From contig JBOIDR010000007.1 in NCBI GenBank assembly GCA_050740695.1, forward strand, positions 5,643 through 69,642: DNA of 64,000 nucleotides, read 5' to 3'. The notes beneath the pieces are model-generated. The model was given only the letters and a program-made list of their open reading frames with translations, was not told where the DNA came from and made no database searches. Position 1 is the first letter of the stretch. Each line of letters starts with the position of its first letter. This document shows, in pieces, positions 49,064 through 58,922 of the stretch. Source of the stretch: Gammaproteobacteria bacterium. Its GTDB lineage: Bacteria; Pseudomonadota; Gammaproteobacteria; JACCXJ01. The position numbers were made by a program, and so were the translations under genes.

Positions 49064-49078
49064 TGGCACGGGGTATGC
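49064..49078 (+). promoter_or_regulatory. Candidate sigma-54 promoter upstream of porin-glnK-amtB
   Basis: TGGCAC-GGGGT-ATGC against the consensus TGGCAC-N5-TTGC. It lies 166 nt upstream of the porin ATG. Confidence 0.35.
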
Positions 49079-49243
49079 CGAACGTGCTGGAAAATAACGC
49101 AGTCACGAAATAGGCGTGGTGACGGGCACCCGACCGAGCGCCTCGCGAGCACAGGAAACCAGTTCCCAACATCCGAGACGCGCCCAATGACGAGTGGGTT
49201 TGCGATAACTTTCGATAATCGTTTGGCTGGGAGGAGAGGAGCG

Positions 49244-50512
49244 ATGAAAAGCGCATATTACGTAGCGATCACCCTGCTCGGCGGGGTTTCCATGGTCTAT
49301 GCCCAAGAGGAGGAGTCCACAGGCGAGGCAGCGGGAAGTGAGACAACCGCACCCTCTGGGATGATCGGTGAATCCTTCGGATACGATATTAATAGCGCTC
49401 CCGTGCTCCAGTCACTGGGGGTTACGGTTGGAGCTTGGTTCGCGGCCGGAGTCACCTATAATCCAGATATCCCCGATGATGAATTCAACGGTCTTACCAC
49501 GTTTGCCGATCGGGCCAATACCATCATGCCCAATCAGTTCAATCTATACTTCGAGCGGGCGACGAACAAGGAAGGTGACCAGTTTGATTTGGGCTTTAGG
49601 GCCGATCTTATGATCGGTAGCGATGCACGTTTTACCCAAGCTACCGGTCTCGACGACGAAGTCGTTCAAGATCCGTTTGACGGAGGGCCGAGGTTCTTTG
49701 ATTTCGCCGCACCTCAGCTATATCTCGAGATGTTCATGCCGCTAGGCAATGGGCTTAGCGCCAAGATAGGGCACTTCTATACGCCGATCGGTTACGAGGT
49801 CGTACCCGCAACCGGTAATTTCTTCTCTACCCATGCCTATACGATGCAGTATGGGGAACCTTTTACCCATACAGGCGTGTTATTTAGCTATCCTCTAACC
49901 GGAAATTTCACGCTCACGGCAGGGGCGGTGAATGGTTGGGATAATTGGGACGTGAATCCAGAACGCTTTAGCGGTCTAGGAGGATTGACATGGACCAGCG
50001 ATAGCGGCGCTACTTCCGCGACCATTACGGGCGTTTCCGGTGACGACAAATTGAGTGGTGAGAATCGCTCACTTTATAGTATCGTGATTAGCCACCAATT
50101 AGTGGAACATCTCACCTGGGTATTGCAGCACGATAATGGGGCCGTGAAGGATGCGGATTCGCGCGGAACCGGAGAAGCCCGCTGGTACGGTATAAACTCC
50201 TACTTATTCTACGATGTGAATGATTCGTTGCGCGCCGGGCTACGCGGCGAGTGGTTCCACGACGATGAAGGCTTTCAGGTTGCCCCCATTGGATTTGGGA
50301 ATCGTGCTGGTCCCGGCTTCGGAACCGGCGCAAGCTACTATGCGATCACAGCCGGATTGAACTGGAAGCCGTATACCTGGCTCGTCGTCCGTCCTGAAGT
50401 CCGGTATGATTGGGCAGATTTATCCGCCCCACCGGGTACGTCAGAGCCCTTTGACGGCGGCACCGATGAAGAGCAATTGTTGTTTGCGACCGATTTCGTC
50501 ATCACCTTCTGA
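49244..50512 (+). CDS. Outer-membrane beta-barrel porin (OmpL/bbp2-like)
   Basis: GGAGGAGAGGA Shine-Dalgarno, signal peptide MKSAYYVAITLLGGVSMVYAQ, alternating beta-strand pattern, and a terminal …FVITF aromatic residue. The track ORF starts earlier, at 48962. Confidence 0.75.
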   Translation: MKSAYYVAITLLGGVSMVYAQEEESTGEAAGSETTAPSGMIGESFGYDINSAPVLQSLGVTVGAWFAAGVTYNPDIPDDEFNGLTTFADRANTIMPNQFNLYFERATNKEGDQFDLGFRADLMIGSDARFTQATGLDDEVVQDPFDGGPRFFDFAAPQLYLEMFMPLGNGLSAKIGHFYTPIGYEVVPATGNFFSTHAYTMQYGEPFTHTGVLFSYPLTGNFTLTAGAVNGWDNWDVNPERFSGLGGLTWTSDSGATSATITGVSGDDKLSGENRSLYSIVISHQLVEHLTWVLQHDNGAVKDADSRGTGEARWYGINSYLFYDVNDSLRAGLRGEWFHDDEGFQVAPIGFGNRAGPGFGTGASYYAITAGLNWKPYTWLVVRPEVRYDWADLSAPPGTSEPFDGGTDEEQLLFATDFVITF

Positions 50513-50654
50513 ATTGGACCTGGTTGTTTGGAATAACGTAATTCAATGTTTGAGCGGATGGGCCGGATGCCGTGGCTTCTCTCTCGAGCAGCACCAACTG
50601 TAACGGAACCGTGGTATTCATGGTGTCGTCATTACAGTGCGGTCGGCGTCATGA

Positions 50655-51086
<432 letters not shown>

Positions 51087-51129
51087 GGGGCGCTTGCGAG
51101 CGATGTATAGAATGTAGGGGGGAAAAGCA

Positions 51130-52587
51130 ATGAAGAGGCTAGTGCGCCCCGTGGGGCACATGGGGAGGGTGGGGATCTTGCTGTTCGCGGTTTTCGGGAT
51201 CGCCTGGATGGTCCCGTCCATGGCGCAAGAGGAAGGGGCCCTGCCGGAGGGCCGAGTCACGGCCCCGGAGGCCGAAGCGGAGACCCCGGTCGTCGAAGAA
51301 ACGGTGGTCGAAGAGACCGCCGTCGCTGAAGAACCGTCGGCTCCGACCCTGAATTCCGGGGACACGGCCTGGATGCTGGCCGCGACGGCCTTGGTCTTGT
51401 TCATGACCGTTCCCGGGCTCGCGTTGTTCTATGCCGGTATGGTGCGGGCCAAGAACGTGCTGTCGGTCCTCATGCAGTGTTTCGCGATCACCTCGCTGGT
51501 CACGGTATTGTGGATGGCGGCGGGCTACAGCATGGCCTTCGACACCACGGGCATGGAGAAAGGGGTGGTCAATCTCTTCTCCTTCGTCGGGAGCCTCAAC
51601 AAGGCCTTTCTGGAGGGGGTGACCCGCGACAGCCTTACTCTGGCGATACCGGAGACGGTCTTCATGACCTTCCAGGCAACCTTCGCGGTCATCACCCCGG
51701 CACTCATCGTCGGTGCCTTTGCCGAGCGCATGAAGTTCTCGGCACTGTTGTGGTTCATGGGGCTGTGGCTGCTCCTGGTCTACGCCCCGATCGCGCACAT
51801 GGTCTGGAGCGGGGACGGCGCGCTGATGTGGGACTGGGGCGTACTCGACTTCGCGGGCGGCACGGTGGTACACATCAACGCCGGGATCGCCGGGATCGTC
51901 GCCGCCCTCGTGCTCGGCAAACGCAAGGGCTATCCCACAACCGCCATGCCGCCCCACAACCTGGCCTTCACGGTGGTCGGGGCCTCCATGCTGTGGGTCG
52001 GGTGGTTCGGCTTCAACGCCGGCAGCGCCGTGGCGGCAGACGGCAATGCCGGCATGGCCATGGCCGTCACCCAGATCGCGACCGCCACCGCGGCGCTCGC
52101 CTGGATGTTCAGCGAATGGCTGGCACACGGGAAACCGAGCGTGCTCGGGATCGCCTCGGGGGCGGTCGCCGGCCTCGTGGCGATCACGCCGGCCTCGGGC
52201 ACGGCCGGCCCAATGGGCGCGCTATTGATCGGCGCGGTGGCGGGTACCGCTTGCTTCTTAGCCTCCACGAAGCTCAAGCGTGCCTGCGGTTACGACGACT
52301 CGCTGGATGTATTCGGCGTTCACGCTGTCGGCGGCATCGTCGGCGCCGTCCTGACGGGCGTGTGTGCCGGGACGCTCGGGGGCAAGGGGGTAACGGAGGG
52401 ATTCACGCTCGGCGAGCAGGTCATTGCCCAGTGCAAGGCCGTCGGCATGACCATCGCGTACACCAGCATCATGAGCTTCATTCTGCTCAAGCTGCTCGAT
52501 ATCATCATCGGCCTCCGCGTGACCGAGGATCAAGAGAGCGAGGGACTGGACATCGCCCTCCACGACGAGCGAGGCTACAGCCTCTAG
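51130..52587 (+). CDS. amtB: Ammonium transporter with a long acidic N-terminal extension
   Basis: 485 aa, …NSGDTAWMLAATALVLFMT.PGLALFYAG…VDFAGGTVVHINAG…FGVHAVGGIVGA…. Confidence 0.96.
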   Translation: MKRLVRPVGHMGRVGILLFAVFGIAWMVPSMAQEEGALPEGRVTAPEAEAETPVVEETVVEETAVAEEPSAPTLNSGDTAWMLAATALVLFMTVPGLALFYAGMVRAKNVLSVLMQCFAITSLVTVLWMAAGYSMAFDTTGMEKGVVNLFSFVGSLNKAFLEGVTRDSLTLAIPETVFMTFQATFAVITPALIVGAFAERMKFSALLWFMGLWLLLVYAPIAHMVWSGDGALMWDWGVLDFAGGTVVHINAGIAGIVAALVLGKRKGYPTTAMPPHNLAFTVVGASMLWVGWFGFNAGSAVAADGNAGMAMAVTQIATATAALAWMFSEWLAHGKPSVLGIASGAVAGLVAITPASGTAGPMGALLIGAVAGTACFLASTKLKRACGYDDSLDVFGVHAVGGIVGAVLTGVCAGTLGGKGVTEGFTLGEQVIAQCKAVGMTIAYTSIMSFILLKLLDIIIGLRVTEDQESEGLDIALHDERGYSL

Positions 52588-52694
52588 TCCGCATTTACGC
52601 CACCGCCCATCGCGAGGCCGCCGAGCGGATCGGCGGTCGTAGCAGGGGGGTGGTGGGAAATACGGGCTGGGGGAAACCGCTGGTGTGGGTCCCC

Positions 52695-52722
52695 GCGGGC
52701 GCTTCGGCGCCCGCTTTTTTTT
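52695..52722 (+). terminator. Rho-independent terminator after amtB
   Basis: gcgggcgc-ttcg-gcgcccgc (perfect 8-bp stem) followed by T8. Confidence 0.8.
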
Positions 52723-52765
52723 CCGAGACGGGCCACCTCGACCGGTCGGCGGAGCCCGTCGCTCT

Positions 52766-53049
52766 CTACAGGCTCTTGTAGGTGCCGTCGTAGTAGGGCG
52801 CGGTGGCGGTGTGCTTGCGGCCGCACGTTTTTTCCTCTCATCCACGGTGAACTGCACGGGCGCGAACCGGGCGCCCGGATGCCATCTGTCGCAGAACGGC
52901 TGATTGCGCGACCGGCCACAGGCGCACCAATAGTAGGTGCCGGGGTCCAAATCCAGACCGTAGGGCGCTTTCTGCGGAGACACCGGTGTACTTATAGCAC
53001 TCCGTTCCGATTTGGAGTCCTGAGCGGGTTGAATGCGCCGCCGCCGCAC
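52766..53049 (-). pseudogene. CDGSH iron-sulfur domain protein with a frameshift in an A6 run
   Basis: The first frame reads …PQKAPYGLDLDPGTYYWCACGRSRNQPFCDRWH…FAPVQFTVDERKK. After the run at 52828..52833 the homologous continuation CGRKHTATAPYYDGTYKSL* is in another frame. One extra A would restore the frame. Confidence 0.6.
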
Positions 53050-53154
53050 AGCATCCGATGGCCCGGACCATGCCGTCCGCTATGCTAAGCTAAGATTGAA
53101 GGATTTTTCCTACCAAACGCCTGCGGCGTCCATCAGTTATCGATACAAGCTCGC

Positions 53155-54213
53155 ATGACAGAGCAGCCTCATCGCCCGCGCTCCGGGCAGTTCGAACCCC
53201 CGCCGGGAGTGGCCGCCGAGCTATTCCAGGCGCTTCTGCGCAAGGGCCACCCCCAGTCGCTGGGGTCGGGGACCGTGCTGTTTCATGCCGGTGACTCGGA
53301 CCGCAGCGCCTATTATCTATTGTCAGGGGAGATGCGCTTGACCGACGAGCGCGGCGCCAGCGAACACCTGCGCGCCGGGACACCGGCCGCGAGGCGCCCG
53401 ATCGCCCACCGCCTGCCGCGCACCGTGACCGCCATCGCCGCAGCCGACTGCAAGGTGGTCCGATTCGATCGCGAGGTCCTGGAGGCAGGCGCCTCGCGCG
53501 ACACGCCGGGCGGGATCCAGGTTACCGAGATCCGTTCCGGTACCGGCCTCGCGCGGGACGAAGGCGCCTCGGACGACTGGATGACCCGCTTGCTGCAGTC
53601 CGGCACCTTCTCCCGCCTGCCGCCCGCCAAGCTCCAAGCCTTGTTCTTGCGCATCCAGGAACGGCCGGTGAGCGCGGGCGAGGTCATCGTGCGGCAAGGG
53701 GAGGAGGGTGACTGCTTTTACATCATCAAGCTCGGAAGGGCCAAGGTGACCCGGTCCTTGAAGGTCGGCACCGATCTGACCCTCGCGCAACTTTCGGCCG
53801 GCGATGGGTTCGGCGAGGAGGCACTGCTCACCGGGGCCGCGCGCAACGCCAGCGTCACGATGCTGACCGACGGGGTGGTGATGCGGCTTTCGAGACAGGA
53901 TTTCGACGAATTGCTTCGCGAGACGACCGTCCGGAGGCTGTCCTTCTCGGATGCCCAGGAGAGGAAAGGGGCAATATGGATCGACGTGCGGCTGGAGCGC
54001 GAGCATCAGGGTGGGGCCATCGCAGGCAGCATCAACATCCCCTTGTTCATGATCCGTCTGAAGGCCGACGCCCTGGACCCCAAGAAAGACTACATCGTCT
54101 ACTGTGACACCGGCCAGCGAAGCGCCGCTGCGGCCTTCCTTTTGACCGGCCGGGGACTCAACGTCTATATGCTGGACGGAGGCCTGGCCGCCGCGCAGCC
54201 ATCCCGTGCCTGA
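53155..54213 (+). CDS. Cyclic-nucleotide-binding domain(s) fused to a rhodanese domain
   Basis: cNMP-binding core …GEEGDCFYIIKLGRAKV…GDGFGEEALL…ARNASV…. The C-terminal rhodanese domain has the active-site loop YCDTGQRS. Confidence 0.8.
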   Translation: MTEQPHRPRSGQFEPPPGVAAELFQALLRKGHPQSLGSGTVLFHAGDSDRSAYYLLSGEMRLTDERGASEHLRAGTPAARRPIAHRLPRTVTAIAAADCKVVRFDREVLEAGASRDTPGGIQVTEIRSGTGLARDEGASDDWMTRLLQSGTFSRLPPAKLQALFLRIQERPVSAGEVIVRQGEEGDCFYIIKLGRAKVTRSLKVGTDLTLAQLSAGDGFGEEALLTGAARNASVTMLTDGVVMRLSRQDFDELLRETTVRRLSFSDAQERKGAIWIDVRLEREHQGGAIAGSINIPLFMIRLKADALDPKKDYIVYCDTGQRSAAAAFLLTGRGLNVYMLDGGLAAAQPSRA

Positions 54214-55081
54214 TCCCCCGCTGCCGGCCCCTGAAACATACCATCGGGGGCGCCTCGCCCCATGCCTGGACCATTACGCGGTTATGGGGAACCCGGTCGG
54301 CCATAGCCTGTCGCCCGAGATCCATGCCGCGTTCGCGCGGGAGACCGGAGAGCCCATCCGCTATACGGCCGAACTGGTGTCTCTCGAAGGCTTGACCGCA
54401 GCGGTCACGGCGTTCTTCGAGGCGGGCGGAAAGGGCCTCAACATCACGCTGCCTTTCAAACAGGCGGCCTTCCGGCTGTGCCGCCGGCCTAGCGAGCGCG
54501 CGCGGGTGGCCGGGGCGGTCAACACCTTATGGTACTCGCCGGACGGGGTTCTTCACGGTGACAACACCGATGGTGCCGGCCTGGTGCGCGACCTCATCGG
54601 CAATCACGATACCGGGCTCGCAGGGCTTCGGGTCCTTTTGCTCGGGGCGGGCGGGGCCGTGCGCGGGGTTATCGGGCCGATCCTGGAGAAGCGGCCGGCC
54701 GCGGTGGTCTGCGCCAACCGCACCCTGTCCAAGGCACTGGATTTGGGTCGAGACTTTCAGGGCCTCGGACTAGCCGAGGCCTGCGATTTTTCCGATCTGG
54801 CCGGCCGGGAGTTCGATGTCATCGTCAACGGCACTTCGGCGAGCCTGGCGGGCCGGCTTCCGCCGCTGCCGGACGGGATCCTGCGCAAGGGGGGGTGTTG
54901 CTACGATCTCGTGTATGCGCGAGCCCCCACCCCCTTCGTGCAGTGGGGGGTGCACCAGGGCGCGTCGCTCGCCATCGACGGTTTGGGCATGCTGGTGGAG
55001 CAGGCCGCCGAGTCGTTTTTCATCTGGCGCGGGGTTCGGCCCAAGACGCGGCCCGTCATCGAGAGGTTGCGGGGACCGTAG
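54206..55081 (+). CDS. aroE: Shikimate dehydrogenase
   Basis: …YAVMGNPVGHSLSPEIHAAFA…LNITLPFK…GDNTDGAG…LLGAGGA…. The start is uncertain (GTG 54206 in the track). Confidence 0.9.
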   Translation: MPDPPLPAPETYHRGRLAPCLDHYAVMGNPVGHSLSPEIHAAFARETGEPIRYTAELVSLEGLTAAVTAFFEAGGKGLNITLPFKQAAFRLCRRPSERARVAGAVNTLWYSPDGVLHGDNTDGAGLVRDLIGNHDTGLAGLRVLLLGAGGAVRGVIGPILEKRPAAVVCANRTLSKALDLGRDFQGLGLAEACDFSDLAGREFDVIVNGTSASLAGRLPPLPDGILRKGGCCYDLVYARAPTPFVQWGVHQGASLAIDGLGMLVEQAAESFFIWRGVRPKTRPVIERLRGP

Positions 55082-55294
55082 GAGCCGAATCATCAGTGGC
55101 GTCGATTGGAACGTGACGTGCTGGCCTTATCAACACCCCGAGGCCATGGTGGGTGCGCGGCCCATCATTTGCCCGACGTCGGGTTGGAACATGCGAAACT
55201 AGTTGATTTTTCAGAGCGGCTGGCCATTGCTCAAGAATTGACCGAATCGACGTAAGAGCCGCTGCGGCAGGCGTTCCGCGTCGATCCTCAGATA

Positions 55295-55329
55295 CCTTCC
55301 ACAGGGTTGTCCACAGATCCTGTGGGTAA
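55295..55329. promoter_or_regulatory. Cluster of three CCACAG / DnaA-box-like motifs around a GATC
   Basis: ccTTCCACAgggTTGTCCACAGATCCTGTGGGTAA. TTGTCCACA and (minus strand) TTACCCACA each differ from TTATCCACA at one position. They form a CCACAG-ATC-CTGTGG palindrome. Confidence 0.35.
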
Positions 55330-55382
55330 CCCGCTCGGGGTCCGAGGCGTGTCATGCGGGTAGCGCCGCACGCGAGCGCGGA

Positions 55383-55896
55383 TCATTGGGTGGTCCGGGC
55401 CTCCCACTGCCGCCGGCTGAACTCGAAGTGCAGCATGCGTTCACTCTGTCCAGGACCCGCATCGGGCATCGGACCCTCGTGGGTATGCCGGAAGCCGAGC
55501 TTTTCTAGTTAGCACCCGCCGTGCCCCCGCATTGTCGGGAAGGCAGCTCGAGTAGATCCGGTCGAGCGTCAGGAAGCGGAAGCCAAAGGCGATAAGCATG
55601 CCCGTGGCCTCCGTGGCATAGCCGCGATGCCAGTGACGGTGCCCGATCAGATAGGCCAAGCGCGCCGTGCGAGGCTCGCTGGTGATACCGCGTAGGCTGC
55701 ACAGCCCGACCAGCCCCGTGTCCCTCAGGATGGCGTAACTGTATTCCTCATCGGCCTCGCGCCTGCGGACAGATTCCTGGACCCAGCCCTGGACCCCCTT
55801 GGGCGCACAGCGCGTGGACAGGCATGGCGCCTCTCCGTACAGTGCCCGGATCCCCTCCGTCAGGCCGGGGTGAACGGGTACGAGGTCGATGGCCAT
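55383..55896 (-). pseudogene. GNAT (RimJ/RimL-type) N-acetyltransferase with a +1 frameshift
   Basis: …LIGHRHWHRGYATEATGMLIAFGF…RIYSSCLPDNAGARRVL then a frame change at gtgctaActagaaaag (55501..55515). The canonical LEKLGFRHTHEG…FEFSRRQWE…* continues in the next frame to 55383. Confidence 0.65.
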
Positions 55897-56246
55897 CGTG
55901 GCCTTTCCTCGCCCATCGAAACCGTTGCCGTCATCACGCTAGTAGCCCTCATCAAAGCCCAACTCATTCTCATTAGATGGCGGCTCGCCGCCGGCCTATG
56001 CGTACCGGCCTGGTCTGCCTGGGACGCGCCGGTCACCATAGGCAATGATTGTGCCATGGATTCAGGCTTCGAGAGTTGTACGTAATACAATGATTTTGAA
56101 CAGTAAGTCATCGACCAGGGGAGAGGGCCGGCCGGGCTTGGCCACCCTGGGCTCGGTAATCCATGAAATAGCGTGACTATCATGCTAATTTCGTGAGGCG
56201 GCTCCATCTAAGCCCGGCCACGACGCCCCCCCTTGCCGGGCAAAAC

Positions 56247-56654
56247 GTGCGCCGCCCTGTGCCGGCTCGCCCGCTCGTGTTGCTCGCGAGTGTCGATGCC
56301 AGTGGCGCCGAAGGCTTCCGTGCCACGGAGGTCATGAAGGGCGCCGTCACCATCCGTGGCTAGTCGATACGGTACCCGGCGACCGAGAACCCCGAAGTGA
56401 CGGCGATGCTCGTCGAGCTGGCGCCGGGGGGCGCAAGCGACCGCCACCAACATCCGATACCCCCCTATATCCAGGTCCTGCAGGGGACCCTCACGGTCGA
56501 GTTCGACAATGGTTCGCGCCAGTCTTTCGAGGCCGGTCGAGGTTTCCTCGAAGCCGTCGATACCTGGCACACGGCGAGGAACCTGGGCGAGGACCCGGTG
56601 AAGTTCCTGGTGGTCTTCATGGGCGAGCAGGGCAAGTCGAACTTTATGAGGTAA
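56247..56654 (+). pseudogene. Secreted cupin-domain protein interrupted by an in-frame TAG
   Basis: GTG 56247 opens MRRPVPARPLVLLASVDASGAEGFRATEVMKGAVTIRG, then TAG at 56361, then SIRYPATENPEVTAMLVELAPGGASDRHQHPIP…TWHTARN…. The two halves together resemble one single-domain cupin. Confidence 0.55.
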
Positions 56655-56895
56655 CGGAGTAGGGCATGTAGTAAGGTGCGTGCCCAACACCCTCGCACAT
56701 GTTGGGTGGCAGGTCCTGGCCACGCCAGCGGTGGCGCCCGCGACCGATCGTGGTCCAGGAATACCACCCGCGCGCGGTCTGCGTGATCTCTCGTCTTATA
56801 TATCGCGCTGTGCCTAGTCGCGATCTCTTGAATCAGAGATCTGGTCCGGCAATCCCGAAAAACCAACCTAAGCCGCCTTCGGAGGGCAAGGTCCT

Positions 56896-57186
56896 ATGAA
56901 ACGATTCCTCGCGGCAGGCGTGCTGCTCTGCGCCGGTGTCCACGGCCCCTCCGCCCACGCCGAGGGGCGCTATCAGATGCTGGCAGTCCCAGATGCCACC
57001 GGTTTCGGGGGAGAGAAGATCGTGATCCTGGACACGGCGGGCGGCCACCTGTGGACCTGGAGCGAGCACGCCTCGACCCCCGGCGGGCCGGGCGGACGCT
57101 TCCTCATCTACCAGGGCCAGGTCCGGCCCGGCGGCAAGATGGGGGATGTCATCCAGAACGAGGAATGGCGCGGCAAGCGGCGCTGA
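56896..57186 (+). CDS. Small secreted hypothetical protein
   Basis: 96 aa with a signal peptide, MKRFLAAGVLLCAGVHGPSAHA. I recognise no family. Confidence 0.45.
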   Translation: MKRFLAAGVLLCAGVHGPSAHAEGRYQMLAVPDATGFGGEKIVILDTAGGHLWTWSEHASTPGGPGGRFLIYQGQVRPGGKMGDVIQNEEWRGKRR

Positions 57187-57561
57187 GCGCCGGCTGGGCC
57201 TTCGAGCTCGGCGCCCTCGAGACCGTGCTGCCGGGCCTATTGTCGATGCAGGCAAACACGGCCGTCTGCTTCGTCCTCTCCGGCCCCAGGGGATTGTGCC
57301 GGGCCAGACGCCCTCGCTCGGACTCATGGGCGGGCTCGATAGATCGACCCTCCTGTCGTGGCCACCGTAGCAAGCGTAGCCCCGATGGAGCGATAGCAGA
57401 AACGGGGAAAGCCCCCGGACAAACCGACCCCCGGATATCGCGCTGCGGTCCAATCCGGGACACCGCAACTGGCACCTTCGGTACCGCCCCCGGATCCCCG
57501 TGCTTGCATTAGAATACCGGCCAGGTAGCGTCTCTGCGGGGGAGCCTATGGGGAAAGGCCG

Positions 57562-58902
57562 ATGGGCATAGAAGAGAGTGAGGGCACGGTCACGGCCGGA
57601 CCCGGCGAACCGAGCCGTTGTGATGTCGCCGTCGTCGGCGGGGGGCCGGCGGGCTCGACCGTCTCGGCCTTGCTCGCGGAGAGGGGTTGGCATGTCGAGC
57701 TCCTGGAGAAGGACCACCACCCGCGCTTCCACATAGGGGAATCGCTCCTGCCGCACAGCATGCCCATGCTGGAACGCCTGGGCGTCCTCGACGCCGTCGA
57801 GGGCATCGGGATCCGCAAGTACGGTGCGGAGCTCTTGTCCCCCGAGGACGGCCGCACGCGCACCGTGTACTTCGCCAATGCGGTGGGGGAATCGCGGCCC
57901 TACGCCTATCAGGTCAAACGCGCCGAGTTCGACGAGATCCTGTTCCGCAACGCCGCCGCCAAGGGCGCCCGGGTCCACGAGGGGGTGCGCGTCAAACGGG
58001 TGGATTTCCGACCGAGCCAGCCATCGCTGGTGCATGCGGAGGACGGAACCGGGCGGGCCAGCGTATGGCAAGCGCGCTTCGTCATCGATGCCACCGGGCG
58101 CGATACTTTCCTCTCCACCCAGCTCGGCGGAAAGAAACCCAACCACGAGCACAAGAGCGCCGCGGTCTTCAGCCACTTCGCTTGTGTCGCACGACGGTCG
58201 GGCCTGGACGAGGGCAACATCAGCGTGGCCTGGTTCGAGCATGGCTGGTTCTGGATGATCCCCTTCAAGGACGGCACCATGAGCGTCGGCGCGGTGTGCT
58301 GGCCGTATTATCTGAAGGCCCGCAAGACCGGCCTCGATGCGTTCCTGTGGGACACCATCCGCCTGTGCCCACCCATCGCGGAGCGCATGCGCGAGGCCCG
58401 ATCGCTCATGCCGGCCCAGACGGCGGGCAACTACTCCTACCGGCGCATGACCATGAGCGGGGCCGGCCATCTGTTCGTCGGCGATGCCTTCGCCTTCGTG
58501 GACCCGGTGTTCTCGAGCGGCGTACACCTGGCGCTCAACAGCGGCACGCTAGGCGCCGAGGTCGTGGATGCCCATCTTCGTGGCAGCCCGGCCTATCCCG
58601 CCCTCCTGCGGGATTTCGAGCGCACCGTCCGCCGCGGGGTCAAGACCTTTTCCTGGTTCATCTACCGCTTCACCCAACCGGCCTTTCGGGACCTGTTCCT
58701 GATCGAGGGCAGCCGGTTCGGCATCGAGCAGGCGGTCCTCGCGCTGCTCGCGGGCAACGCCTTCGGCCAGGCACCGGGGCGCGTCCCGGTGCTCATCTTC
58801 AAGCTCTGCTACTACCTCACGGCGCTGTTCAAGATAAGAGGAAATTGGTCCGCGTACCGGCGCCGGCGGCATCGATCGGATCTGCGCGCCGTCGGGACGT
58901 GA
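57562..58902 (+). CDS. Flavin-dependent halogenase-type FAD oxidoreductase
   Basis: 446 aa with GxGxxG (VVGGGPAGS), the WxWxIP motif (GWFWMIP) and FxxPxxSxG (FVDPVFSSG). Confidence 0.8.
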   Translation: MGIEESEGTVTAGPGEPSRCDVAVVGGGPAGSTVSALLAERGWHVELLEKDHHPRFHIGESLLPHSMPMLERLGVLDAVEGIGIRKYGAELLSPEDGRTRTVYFANAVGESRPYAYQVKRAEFDEILFRNAAAKGARVHEGVRVKRVDFRPSQPSLVHAEDGTGRASVWQARFVIDATGRDTFLSTQLGGKKPNHEHKSAAVFSHFACVARRSGLDEGNISVAWFEHGWFWMIPFKDGTMSVGAVCWPYYLKARKTGLDAFLWDTIRLCPPIAERMREARSLMPAQTAGNYSYRRMTMSGAGHLFVGDAFAFVDPVFSSGVHLALNSGTLGAEVVDAHLRGSPAYPALLRDFERTVRRGVKTFSWFIYRFTQPAFRDLFLIEGSRFGIEQAVLALLAGNAFGQAPGRVPVLIFKLCYYLTALFKIRGNWSAYRRRRHRSDLRAVGT

Positions 58903-58922
58903 AGCGATCCCGCGGGGACCGC

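Noticed and set aside
52258-52765. Downstream two-thirds of the 263-aa ORF 52258..53049
   Set aside because: After the frameshifted CDGSH domain the frame simply stays open antisense to amtB, giving a Pro/Arg/Thr-rich string.
55056-55355. 99-aa minus-strand ORF covering the CCACAG cluster
   Set aside because: It has no start context and no family resemblance. The GYPQDLWTTLWK string is simply the translation of the DnaA-box-like repeats.
57186-57290. WAFELGALETVLPGLLSMQANTAVCFVLSG, which resembles the first membrane segment of PAS/histidine-kinase sensors
   Set aside because: Only about 30 codons are recognisable before the frame turns to noise. It is too short to call as a feature and is probably a gene remnant.
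56833-58527. 564-aa minus-strand ORF
   Set aside because: It runs antisense through the small secreted-protein gene and the halogenase. Its composition is Arg/Gly/Pro-rich.
57687-58922. First 412 codons of the 785-aa track ORF 57687..60044
   Set aside because: This is an out-of-frame read through the halogenase gene. Only the part from ATG 58923 onward (the chorismatase) is protein-like.
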